The notes: generated by a model not told the origin, from the sequence alone. Counted from the first letter of the stretch, positions 8,940 to 17,422 are shown. The stretch: DNA of 28,098 nucleotides from Verrucomicrobiota bacterium (GCA_039798785.1 JBDKFG010000066.1:1-28098); one strand, 5' to 3'. Program-made: numbers and translations.

Positions 8940-10169
8940 TCACCAACCTTTGGTGAAGGCCTCAAGACGTTTCACCTCATCCAAGGCCAGCTTAGCCGCC
9001 TCGGTGCCGGAAAATTCCTTCGCCAGCCGCTGCATTTCCTTGATCGCAGCTTGATTGGGCCGCTGCGCCAGCTTTTTGATCGATTCGATGTCGGGAGCCC
9101 CTTGGAAGACGTCCTTGGACGGCAGCACCTTGGCTAGGCCTTCAATGCAGTACTTCTGATAAGAGCCCCGGAACTGCTTCATCGCCTCCGACTCCTTGGC
9201 GAAACCCGGAATCCTGGCGATTTTCTTCAGTGCTTCGTCAATCTCTGCTGGAAGATTCTTGCAGGCAGGCAAGGACGCCAATCTCGGATGCGCCTTAAGG
9301 ATGTCGGCGCATCGGCTCAATCCCTGGTGACGTTGCAAAGCCGTCCCGTTCCCCTTCCCTTCGGCGAGGAAGCGCTTAAGGGCGCGCAGCAGGATTTCAT
9401 CGGGAGCCGCCGGCTTGCTGCGACTGGCGATTCGCCAGCTCAGCCAATCCAGCGCTTCGGCGCCGGACTCCTGGTCATACCAGCTTTTGCCCGCCGGCAG
9501 ATACCGGCAATATCCGCGCTTGCCGCAATCGTCGAGACTGAGCTGCATTTCACTCAAGGCCGGATCATGGTCTCCGAGCAATGTGGCACCGAAGATGTGC
9601 TTGGTCTTGGTGGCATGCTGGTTCGGCGCGCCGGCGCCACACATCAAGACGCCCCCGGTGTACTCCTCCAGCGCCGGCGAGAACATCCCGACCCGCCGGG
9701 CCCCGCCGGCGAAGCCGGTGAAAATGCCGGAGCCGGACGCAAGTCGGAAACGCTTCGGCAAATCATCGAAAATCGCCTCGTAATGCATCATGATCGGCGC
9801 GATGTCGCCATCCTTGATCTCCACCGGCATGACGCAGATGACCTCGTTCTCCATCGCCCAGGACCGGAAGAGATCCCACTTGTCGCGCCCCTCGCCGGCA
9901 TCATTGTCCACAAAAAGGAATGCATACTTTCTAGTCTTAGAATCCTGATAACCTTTCGGCAGCCAAACATGGTAACGGGTAAGAGTCGACTGACCGGCAA
10001 AGCCGCAGGAGATCAAGCTGATCGCGTCTTCCGGCAACTTATCGCTTCGCGGCGTCATTTGCGGGTGATCTTTACGCTTCTCCGTCTTCCTGGTGATCGG
10101 CACTTCAGGATGAACCGAAGGAATGCTCGGGCCGAAACCTAGCCCCAGGGCAAGAACAAAATTCCACAT
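8940..10169 (-). CDS. Exported alpha/beta-hydrolase-fold protein with degenerate catalytic motif and helical C-terminal domain
   Basis: YHVWLPKGY, IFTGFAGGAR nucleophile-elbow-like motif, GVLMCGAG, LGDHD; hydrophobic N-terminus. Confidence 0.7.
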   Translation of the reverse strand: MWNFVLALGLGFGPSIPSVHPEVPITRKTEKRKDHPQMTPRSDKLPEDAISLISCGFAGQSTLTRYHVWLPKGYQDSKTRKYAFLFVDNDAGEGRDKWDLFRSWAMENEVICVMPVEIKDGDIAPIMMHYEAIFDDLPKRFRLASGSGIFTGFAGGARRVGMFSPALEEYTGGVLMCGAGAPNQHATKTKHIFGATLLGDHDPALSEMQLSLDDCGKRGYCRYLPAGKSWYDQESGAEALDWLSWRIASRSKPAAPDEILLRALKRFLAEGKGNGTALQRHQGLSRCADILKAHPRLASLPACKNLPAEIDEALKKIARIPGFAKESEAMKQFRGSYQKYCIEGLAKVLPSKDVFQGAPDIESIKKLAQRPNQAAIKEMQRLAKEFSGTEAAKLALDEVKRLEAFTKGW

Positions 10170-10387
10170 ATCTCAACTTCCTTTCACTTTATGATTTGTT
10201 TCAGACATGATTGTAGAAAGATCAAAGATGCGGTTCAAGGGAGAAAACAAAAAAATCCGCAAGAACCCAAAAAAATCGAGCTGATCCTTCGTGCCTTCGC
10301 GAGGAATCCGCCCTCAGAATCCGGCGCTGGTGGCGTTATGGCGCCGCAGCAGCGCATTCGCACTTGAGGCGCTACATTCAAGGCCTG

Positions 10388-12091
10388 ATGAAATTCACTC
10401 ACGAAAACGGCTTGGAGTTGCTGCTCGCGGTGGCGGTGCTGATTGGCGCCGCTCGCCTGCTGGGCGAGCTCGCCCGTCGCTTCAACAAGCCACCGGTCCT
10501 GGGCGAACTTATCGCCGGCATCCTTCTCGGCCCTAGCGTCCTCGGCCACATCTCTCCCGGAATCGAGAATTTCCTCTTTCCCTCCGAAGGCCCGACCGCG
10601 ATGGCTCTCGACGGCATCCGGCTCCTCGCCGTCACCCTCTTCCTGATGGTCGCCGGCATGGAGGTCGACCTGCCGACGATCCTGCGCCATCGCCGCACCG
10701 CTCTCACGGTTGGCTTGGGAGCCCTGGTCCTGCCCTTCCTTCTCGGTCTCGGAGCCGCCTGGTTCGCGCCGGAGTGGCTGCATTTCGCCGGAGGCAGCGA
10801 GCATCAGCATCTGGTCTTCGCGCTATTCGTCGGCACCGCCTTGGGGATCTCGGCCCTGCCGGTGCTGGCCAAGATCCTGATCGACCTGAAGATCTTCAAG
10901 ACCGATCCGGGCATGGTGATCATCGCCGCGGCGATCTTCATCGATTTGATCGGATGGAACCTCTTCGGCCTGGTGATGAGCCTGCATCAAGGCGGCGAGG
11001 CGGGCGGCGACGCGATTCTGCTGAAGCTGTCTCTGACCCTCGGCTTTGCGATCTTCATGCTCACCCTCGGGCGCGCCGCCTTGGCCAGGATGCTCCCCTG
11101 GGTCCAGGCGCACTCCTCCTGGCCGGCCGGCATCCTCGGCTTCATCCTCGGTGCCGGCTTGCTCTGCGCCGCCTTCACCCAATGGCTCGGCATCCACTCC
11201 CTCTTCGGCGCCTTCCTCTTCGGCGTCGCCCTCGGCGATTCCCCGCATCTGCGCCGCAGCGTCCGCGCCACCCTCGAGCAGTTCATCGGCTTCATCCTGA
11301 CGCCTCTGTTCTTCGCCAGCATCGGCCTGAAGATCGATTTCCTCGCCGACTTCGCCCTCGTTCCTGTGCTGGTGCTGGTCAGCTGCGCCTGTCTCGGCAA
11401 GATCCCCGGCGCCTGGCTCGGCGCCCGTCTTTGCGGAATGAAGGGACGGGAGGCCCTCGCGGTCGGGGTCGGGATGAACACCTACGGCGCGATGGAGATC
11501 GTCCTCGGCCTCACCGCCCTGCAGGCCGGCATCATCAGCCAGAGCCTTTTCGTCGCGATTGTCGTCCTCGCTCTCGGAACCTCGCTTTGCACTTCAAGCC
11601 TGCTGCAGCGGGTGCTGCACCGTCCCCGGGGCATCCATCTGGTCGAGCAGTTGAGTTCGACACGCTTCATCCGGGAGCTCCAAAGCCGCGATCCGGCGGG
11701 GGCGATCGCCGAATTGTCGCAAGTTGCGGCGGAGAGGTGCCGCCTCCCGCCGGAACAGATTCGCGAGGCGGTGCTGGAGCGCGAAGCCCTGATGCCCACC
11801 GGCCTGCCCGGTGGCCTGGCGGTTCCCCACGCCCGTCTCACGCCCCTGGACACCCCTGTGATCGCCATCGGACTGTCACCGAGCGGCCTCGACTTCCTGG
11901 CGCCAGACGACTCAAAAGCTCGACTGATCTTCCTCATCCTGACGCCCAACGAACAAAGCCAGGCTCAGCTCGAGCTGCTCTCAGAAATCGCCAGCCGCTT
12001 CCAGGATCCCGAAATGGTCCGCCAGGCCGCCGAATGCCGCAGCTACACCGAGTTCCTCGCCCTGGTCCAGTCGCGCGAAGGAACGGCGTGA
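10388..12091 (+). CDS. CPA2 (KefB-like) cation:proton antiporter fused to C-terminal PTS EIIA (fructose/Ntr-type) domain
   Basis: PPVLGELIAGILLGPS, GMEVD, ISALPVLAKIL, many TMs; C-terminal EREALMPTG...GLAVPHAR with phospho-acceptor His. Confidence 0.9.
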   Translation: MKFTHENGLELLLAVAVLIGAARLLGELARRFNKPPVLGELIAGILLGPSVLGHISPGIENFLFPSEGPTAMALDGIRLLAVTLFLMVAGMEVDLPTILRHRRTALTVGLGALVLPFLLGLGAAWFAPEWLHFAGGSEHQHLVFALFVGTALGISALPVLAKILIDLKIFKTDPGMVIIAAAIFIDLIGWNLFGLVMSLHQGGEAGGDAILLKLSLTLGFAIFMLTLGRAALARMLPWVQAHSSWPAGILGFILGAGLLCAAFTQWLGIHSLFGAFLFGVALGDSPHLRRSVRATLEQFIGFILTPLFFASIGLKIDFLADFALVPVLVLVSCACLGKIPGAWLGARLCGMKGREALAVGVGMNTYGAMEIVLGLTALQAGIISQSLFVAIVVLALGTSLCTSSLLQRVLHRPRGIHLVEQLSSTRFIRELQSRDPAGAIAELSQVAAERCRLPPEQIREAVLEREALMPTGLPGGLAVPHARLTPLDTPVIAIGLSPSGLDFLAPDDSKARLIFLILTPNEQSQAQLELLSEIASRFQDPEMVRQAAECRSYTEFLALVQSREGTA

Positions 12092-12103
12092 AGGAAAAAA
12101 CGC

Positions 12104-12224
12104 GGCTGAAAAGCTGGAAAGTTGAAAGATTGAGGGCAAACACAGAAGCCGCACTAGTGTCAATCTTGAACTGAGGAAAGGCTCTCCGCCAGTCAACCTT
12201 TGAACCTTCCAACCTCTCAACCTT
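12104..12224. repeat. Two degenerate 8-mer arrays in inverted orientation around a spacer
   Basis: Left ggctgaaa-agctggaa-agttgaaa-gattgagg (12104-12135); right tcaacctt-tgaacctt-ccaacctc-tcaacctt (12193-12224). Confidence 0.65.
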
Positions 12225-12235
12225 GGATTTCAGGT

Positions 12236-12817
12236 ATGGCCGACAACTTCACCCGTCAAAGTCTGCTGCGGCGCCTCAAGGATCCGTCCGACGAAAGCAG
12301 CTGGGATGATTTCCGCCGCACCTACGCGCCTTATGTGACGATGCTACTCCGCCGCATGCGCCTCGGTCCCGAGGATTGCGAGGACTTGCTGCAGGAGCTG
12401 ATGCTGATCTGCTGGCGCCAGTTACCCCAGATGAATTACGATCCTGAGAAGGGCCGCTTCCGCGGCTGGCTGGCGGTAGTCACCCGCAACGAAGCCCTCC
12501 GCTGGCTGAAAAAGCAGCAGCGACTGGCCGCAGGGGGCAATGACGAGATCGAGCGCCTCGGTTGTGATGACGTCGCCTTCGAGCAGCTCGCCGACGAAGA
12601 ATGGCGGCGCTTCATCAGCCAGCGCGCCTGGGACAACATCGCGCCGCACTTCAGCCCCGCCGTCCTGCAGCTCTTCCAAGCCGTCGCCGCCGGCGAGGAC
12701 CCCGAGTCCGCCGCCGCGCGCTTCGGTCTCGCCAGAGCCTCGGTCTACGTCTACAAGAAACGAGTCCTCAACTCCTTGCAGAAAGAGATCCTGCGCCTGC
12801 AGAAGGAACTCCTGTGA
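12236..12817 (+). CDS. ECF sigma-70 family factor, kinase-associated type
   Basis: TRQSLLRRL N-terminus, DCEDLLQE, GRFRGWL in sigma2, sigma4 HTH (AAARFGLARASVYVYKKRV); stop overlaps kinase start (TGATG). Confidence 0.9.
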   Translation: MADNFTRQSLLRRLKDPSDESSWDDFRRTYAPYVTMLLRRMRLGPEDCEDLLQELMLICWRQLPQMNYDPEKGRFRGWLAVVTRNEALRWLKKQQRLAAGGNDEIERLGCDDVAFEQLADEEWRRFISQRAWDNIAPHFSPAVLQLFQAVAAGEDPESAAARFGLARASVYVYKKRVLNSLQKEILRLQKELL

Positions 12818-14745
12818 TGCCGGACTTCGACGACTTCCTCGCCGCGCAAGTGGCCGAGGCGGAGCAGGCCTCCCGTCTCGGACTGGCCGAAGAGGCGCGC
12901 AGCCGGCTGACGCCGGAGGAACGCTACGCCGAACGCAGCTTCCTCGCCGAAGGAGGGCAGAAACGAGTCTTCCGCTGTCGCGACCTCGCTTCCGGACGCG
13001 AAGTCGCCCTGGCACTGCCGAAACCGTCGGCGAGCCCGGAACAACTGACTAAATTCCTCCGCGAGGCTCGTCTCAACGCCAGGCTCGAACATCCCAACAT
13101 CATGCCGGTCTACGACTGCGGACGCTTGGAGGGCGAAGGCAGCTTTTTCACCATGAAGCTGATCCGCCGCCACAGCCTGCAGCAGGCGCTCGACCAGGGG
13201 GGGATCGACTTCGACAGCGCTCTCGCCGCCCTGGCCGGAGTCTGCCGGGCCCTCTCCTATGCCCACGAGAAAGGCATCCTTCATTTCGACGTCAAGCCCG
13301 ACAACATCCAGCTCAGCGACCACGGCGAAGTGCTGCTCTGCGACTGGGGCCTGGCCGGCATCGCCTACGAAGACTGCAGCGAAGACCTGCTCGCCGACGA
13401 AGAGCTGCGCCGCATCGATCTCCGGCAGAGCCTCGACTCGATCGCCAAGGGCACTCCCGGCTATGCCGCTCCGGAAATGTGGCGCCACGGCAGCCGCCGC
13501 GACCGCCGCTGCGACGTCTACTCGCTCGGCGCGGTGCTCCGCCAGATTCTCCAGCACTTTCCTGCCGCCACCGCCACCGCCTTGCACTCGGTCGCCGCCA
13601 AGGCCATGTCCGAGGATCCCGACTCGCGCTACCCCGGCGCCGAGGAGTTCCGTCTCGAGATCGAACGCTTCCGCGGCGGCTTCGCCACCGGCGCCGAACA
13701 GGCCGGCCCCGGACGCCTTCTCTGGCTCCTGATCCGCCGCCACCGCAGCCTCAGCCTCGTGCTCGGCGCCGCAATAGCTCTGCTCCTGCTCAGCTCGCTC
13801 CTCTTCGTCCGCGACCTGCAAAAAAGCGAAGCCGAATCCCGCCTCCTCGCGCAAGGCCTCGAGTCCGAAAGACAGGCGAAGGAGACCCTGCTCCGGCGCG
13901 ACCTGCCCGGCCTGCTGCGCCAGGCGCAAAAACTCTTCCGCGACCGCGATTTCGACGCCTGCGCCAGCCAGCTTGCCCTGGTCCGAAGCATCGACCCGGA
14001 GCTGCCGGAGGGCCGCCTTCTCGAATCCTTCCTCCGCCTCAGCCGAGGGGATGTCGAGGGCGCCGCGCCGCTCCTGCCAGAGAAGCTTCGAGCCGCCCTG
14101 CCCGGCCTGCGTCGCGGCGACACGACCGGGCTGATGCAATTCCTCGCCGGGCTCGATTTCAGCGGCCGCGAACCTGAAACCAGCCTCTACCGCAACCTCC
14201 TCTTTGCCCGCCACGCCTCGCTCAGCACCCTGGAAGCCAAGCGGGAACTCGCGGTCGCCGAATGGCAGCTCAAGCTCGGCCTCGCCCAAGCGCCGCAACT
14301 GCACCTCGAAGCAAGGGCTGAGGGGATCGTGATCGACGCCTCCGGCAACCCCGGGATCAACGACTTCTACCCCCTCGAGAAACTCGCCCTCGGGCAAGGG
14401 GTCGCCCGCCTCGACCTCAGCTCCAGCGGCTGCACTGCCATCCCCTTCCTGCCGCTGCTTGAGGTCCGGCATCTGGAGCTCCGCCAACTCGCCGGCTTCC
14501 ACCTCGGCTGCCTGCGCCGCACTTCAGTCCGCGAGCTCGACCTGCGCGGCTCCACCCTGCTCGAGGAAGACGCCCTCCGCCTCCTGCCCCTCGAAAGCCT
14601 CGACCTGCGCGGCTCCAGCTTCTATCTCTGGGACGTCCTCCTCGAACTCCCCCGCCTGCGTCAGCTCGCCGTCGACCCCGGCCGCCTACCGCCCTCGATC
14701 CGCCAACGCCTGCCGGTCAACTTGAAGATCATCGAAGGAGGATGA
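12817..14745 (+). CDS. Hanks-type Ser/Thr protein kinase with TM segment and C-terminal TPR-like/LRR region
   Basis: FLREARLNARLEHPNI, HFDVKPDNI, CDWG, GTPGYAAPE, DVYSLG; TM LSLVLGAAIALLLLSSLLFV; LRR units at C-terminus; ATG 12817 coupled to sigma stop. Confidence 0.9.
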   Translation: MPDFDDFLAAQVAEAEQASRLGLAEEARSRLTPEERYAERSFLAEGGQKRVFRCRDLASGREVALALPKPSASPEQLTKFLREARLNARLEHPNIMPVYDCGRLEGEGSFFTMKLIRRHSLQQALDQGGIDFDSALAALAGVCRALSYAHEKGILHFDVKPDNIQLSDHGEVLLCDWGLAGIAYEDCSEDLLADEELRRIDLRQSLDSIAKGTPGYAAPEMWRHGSRRDRRCDVYSLGAVLRQILQHFPAATATALHSVAAKAMSEDPDSRYPGAEEFRLEIERFRGGFATGAEQAGPGRLLWLLIRRHRSLSLVLGAAIALLLLSSLLFVRDLQKSEAESRLLAQGLESERQAKETLLRRDLPGLLRQAQKLFRDRDFDACASQLALVRSIDPELPEGRLLESFLRLSRGDVEGAAPLLPEKLRAALPGLRRGDTTGLMQFLAGLDFSGREPETSLYRNLLFARHASLSTLEAKRELAVAEWQLKLGLAQAPQLHLEARAEGIVIDASGNPGINDFYPLEKLALGQGVARLDLSSSGCTAIPFLPLLEVRHLELRQLAGFHLGCLRRTSVRELDLRGSTLLEEDALRLLPLESLDLRGSSFYLWDVLLELPRLRQLAVDPGRLPPSIRQRLPVNLKIIEGG

Positions 14746-14774
14746 AGAGAGCGAAACAAACCAACATGTATCAC

Positions 14775-14907
14775 CCGAAGAACCGAAGAAGCGAAGAAAG
14801 CCAGTGGCCACAAAAGGCACAAAGAGCATAAAAGTAGAAAGGTGAACGGTCTCCGGCTCTCCGATCACCCCTTCTGCGTTTCTGCGTTCTTCCGCGTCTT
14901 CTGCGGT
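14775..14907. repeat. Cluster of short-period 8/9-mer arrays, purine-rich then pyrimidine-rich
   Basis: ccgaagaa x3 (14775-14798); gccacaaaa-ggcacaaag-agcataaaa (14807-14833); ttctgcgt-like x4 (14872-14907). Confidence 0.65.
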
Positions 14908-14925
14908 TCAATTGATGCGGGACGG

Positions 14926-14955
14926 AAAAAGCGGCGTCTCGCGACGCCGCCTTTT
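14926..14955. terminator. Bidirectional intrinsic terminator between convergent kinase and fabF
   Basis: AAAAA-GCGGCGTC-tcgc-GACGCCGC-CTTTT: perfect 8-bp stem with U-tracts on both strands. Confidence 0.8.
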
Positions 14956-14973
14956 GGATTTTCCCGTCGCGGT

Positions 14974-16218
14974 TCAGCCTTTGAACTTGCCGACGATGAG
15001 GGAGGAGTTGATACCGAGCATGCCGAAGGAGTTGTTGAGGATGACGTCGACGCTGTCGAGCTTCTTCGGCTGGCCGATAACCAGGTTCGGGACTTCGCAG
15101 CGGGGATCGAGATCGTCGCAGTTCATGCAGGGGTGGACGATGCCGTCTTTGAAGGCGGGCAGGTTGCCGGCGAGCTCAAGAGCACCGGCGGCTCCCATGG
15201 CGTGGCCTATGAAGCCCTTGGTGTTGTTGATGTGGGTCTTGGTGCCGGCGAAGACTTCGCGGATCGCCTCGACATCCTTGATATCGCCTTCGGGGGTGCC
15301 GGTGGCGTGGGTGTTGACGATGTCGATGTCGTTGGCGACGAGTCCGGCCTTCCTGATGGCCAGGCGCATGCATTCCGCCTGACGGCCGGAGTGCGGCAGG
15401 ACGCGGTCGGCGGCGTCGGAGTTGACCGCGTAGCCGAGGATTTCCCCGTAGATCTTGGCCCCGCGCTTCTGGGCGTCGGAGAGGCGTTCGAGAGTGTAGA
15501 GGGCGCCGCCTTCGGAGATGACGATGCCGTTGCGGTTCTTGTCGAATGGGCGGCTGGCCTTGGTGGGGTCTTCGTGAACAGCGAGGGCGCCCTGGCTCTT
15601 GAAGCCGGCGAAGATGCCGAAAGTGCTGGGGCTCTCGGAGACTCCGCCGGCGATCGCCAGGTCGACTTCGCCGAGGAGGAGCTGCTGCAGGCCGCTGATC
15701 AGGCCGATGTTGCCGGCGGCGCAGGCGGCGCCCATGCACCAGTGCGGGCCGGTGATGCCGAAGCGGATGGTGACTTCTCCGGCGGGGTTGTTGGCGACGG
15801 TGCGGGGGTTGTGATGGTGGGTCCAGAACTTGACGTCATAGTTGTGCTGCGAAATATTGTAGACTTCCTGCTCGGTCTCGACGTTGCCGTGCTCGGTGAT
15901 GCCGACATAGACGCCGACGCGCGAGCGGTCGATCTGAGCGAGGTCGATACCGGAATCGGCGAGGGCTTCGCCGGCGCAGTAGATGCTGATCGAGCCCCCG
16001 CGGGTGCCGTTGCGGACGTCCTTCTTGGTCTGGTAGCGGAGCGCATCGTAGTCGCAGAGGCCGGCGACGGTCTTACCGATGTAGCGGATCTCGTAGGGCT
16101 TGACCCCCGAGACGCCGTTGAGAAGGTTGTGGCGGAATTCAGTCAGGTTGTTGCCGTTCGGGGAGGTGAGACCGATGCCGGTGATGACAATGCGCTGCGA
16201 AGGGTCTTTGAGACTCAT
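14974..16218 (-). CDS. fabF: Beta-ketoacyl-ACP synthase II family (FabF-like)
   Basis: RIVITGIG, catalytic AACAAG (Cys), NTHATGT (His), KGFIGHAMGAAG (His), NNSFG. Confidence 0.9.
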   Translation of the reverse strand: MSLKDPSQRIVITGIGLTSPNGNNLTEFRHNLLNGVSGVKPYEIRYIGKTVAGLCDYDALRYQTKKDVRNGTRGGSISIYCAGEALADSGIDLAQIDRSRVGVYVGITEHGNVETEQEVYNISQHNYDVKFWTHHHNPRTVANNPAGEVTIRFGITGPHWCMGAACAAGNIGLISGLQQLLLGEVDLAIAGGVSESPSTFGIFAGFKSQGALAVHEDPTKASRPFDKNRNGIVISEGGALYTLERLSDAQKRGAKIYGEILGYAVNSDAADRVLPHSGRQAECMRLAIRKAGLVANDIDIVNTHATGTPEGDIKDVEAIREVFAGTKTHINNTKGFIGHAMGAAGALELAGNLPAFKDGIVHPCMNCDDLDPRCEVPNLVIGQPKKLDSVDVILNNSFGMLGINSSLIVGKFKG

Positions 16219-16254
16219 GAAGGGAACTCCTGTCTGGTGATGTTTGCAGCTCCG

Positions 16255-16283
16255 ACATTAGCACCGGACAAACGACTTTGCAA
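16255..16283 (-). promoter_or_regulatory. Sigma70-type promoter for fabF
   Basis: Minus strand TTGCAA-17 nt-TAATGT with extended -10 TGn. Confidence 0.65.
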
Positions 16284-16289
16284 ACATTG

Positions 16290-16318
16290 TGGACACAAGC
16301 TGAGAGGCGGACTATGTT
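16290..16318 (+). promoter_or_regulatory. Sigma70-type promoter for oleA
   Basis: TGGACA-17 nt-TATGTT, ending 17 nt before ATG 16336. Confidence 0.6.
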
Positions 16319-16335
16319 CAGCCCCCACAAATCCC

Positions 16336-17376
16336 ATGCTCTACCAAAACGTCAGTGTCGAAACCTTCGCCTGCCAGCTTCCTCCCCACCAGCTCACGTC
16401 GCTGAAGGTTGAGGAGATGCTGGCACCGGCCTATTCGCGCCTCAATTTCAGCCCCGGCCGCCTCGAACTCTTCACCGGGATCAAGGAGCGCCGCCACTGG
16501 GATCCCGGGGCCGTGCCGAGCGGCGTCGCCGCCGAAGCCGGCGCCAAGGCGATGCAGCAAGCCGGCCTGCTGCCTGACGACATAGATGCGGTGATCCACT
16601 GCTCGGTCTGCCGCGACTTCCTGGAGCCGGCCACCGCCAGCGTCGTCCATCAGATCCTGAAGCTACCGCCCAGCTGCGTCAACTTCGACATCTCCAACGC
16701 CTGCCTGGGACTGATCAGCGGCATGAGCGTCCTCGCCGACATGGTCAGCTCCGGCCGCATCCGCCGCGGCCTGGTGGTCTCCGGCGAGATCGGCTACCCA
16801 CTCCTGCGCCGCACCATCGCCCACCTCAACGGCGACGCCACCCTGAAGCGCCAGGACTTCAAGCTGCATTTCGCCTCACTCACCATCGGCTCCTGCGCCG
16901 CCGCCGCCGTCGTATCGCGTTCCGACCTGGCCCGCCCCGGCAGCCACCGCCTCCTCGGCATCACCGATCACGCCGACACCTCGCAGAACCATCTCTGCCG
17001 CGGCTCCGCCGACTCCGGCATGGGCGCCGACTCCGGGCCCCTCATGCTGACCGACTCGGAAACCCTCCTCCATCGCGGCATCGCCGCCGCCGCCGCCGCC
17101 TGGCCCCGCTTCCTCGCAGAAAACGGCGGCGGCTTCGACCGCGTCGTCACCCACCAGGTCGGCACCGCCCACACCGCCCTCCTCTTTAAAACCCTCGGCC
17201 TCGACCCCAACCTCGACCACCCGACCTTCCCCTTCCTCGGCAACTGCGGCTCAGCCAGCCTCCCCGCCACCGCCGCCCTGGCCACCCAGGCAGGCCACCT
17301 CAAAGCCGGACACAAAGTCGCCCTCCTCGGTATCGGATCAGGCATCAATGTCGGCTTAGCCGCCTTAGAATGGTAA
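16336..17376 (+). CDS. oleA: OleA-type acyl-CoA condensing enzyme (FabH/thiolase superfamily)
   Basis: GRLELFTGIKERRHW, RDFLEPATA (OleA Glu), FDISNACLG (Cys), THQVG (His), LGNCGS (Asn), LLGIGSGIN; the ORF track's upstream extension is antisense of fabF. Confidence 0.8.
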   Translation: MLYQNVSVETFACQLPPHQLTSLKVEEMLAPAYSRLNFSPGRLELFTGIKERRHWDPGAVPSGVAAEAGAKAMQQAGLLPDDIDAVIHCSVCRDFLEPATASVVHQILKLPPSCVNFDISNACLGLISGMSVLADMVSSGRIRRGLVVSGEIGYPLLRRTIAHLNGDATLKRQDFKLHFASLTIGSCAAAAVVSRSDLARPGSHRLLGITDHADTSQNHLCRGSADSGMGADSGPLMLTDSETLLHRGIAAAAAAWPRFLAENGGGFDRVVTHQVGTAHTALLFKTLGLDPNLDHPTFPFLGNCGSASLPATAALATQAGHLKAGHKVALLGIGSGINVGLAALEW

Positions 17377-17394
17377 AATCTTTCCGACAAGCCT

Positions 17395-17422
17395 TTGACA
17401 AGCGCCCGTAAGGGTCTAATTG
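17395..17422 (+). promoter_or_regulatory. Possible sigma70 promoter
   Basis: Perfect TTGACA at 17395-17400, weak -10 TAATTG at 16-nt spacing. Confidence 0.3.

Noticed and set aside
8879..8942. DUF4349 ORF in frame with the upstream hydrolase across a TGA, and a G6 tract near its start (readthrough or phase variation)
   Set aside because: In-frame adjacency has a 1-in-3 chance, no recoding signal is evident, and a 6-nt tract is short; only start uncertainty is retained
14842..16335. N-terminal ~500 aa of the 844-aa ORF
   Set aside because: Antisense shadow of fabF; the OleA-like protein starts at 16336 behind its own promoter
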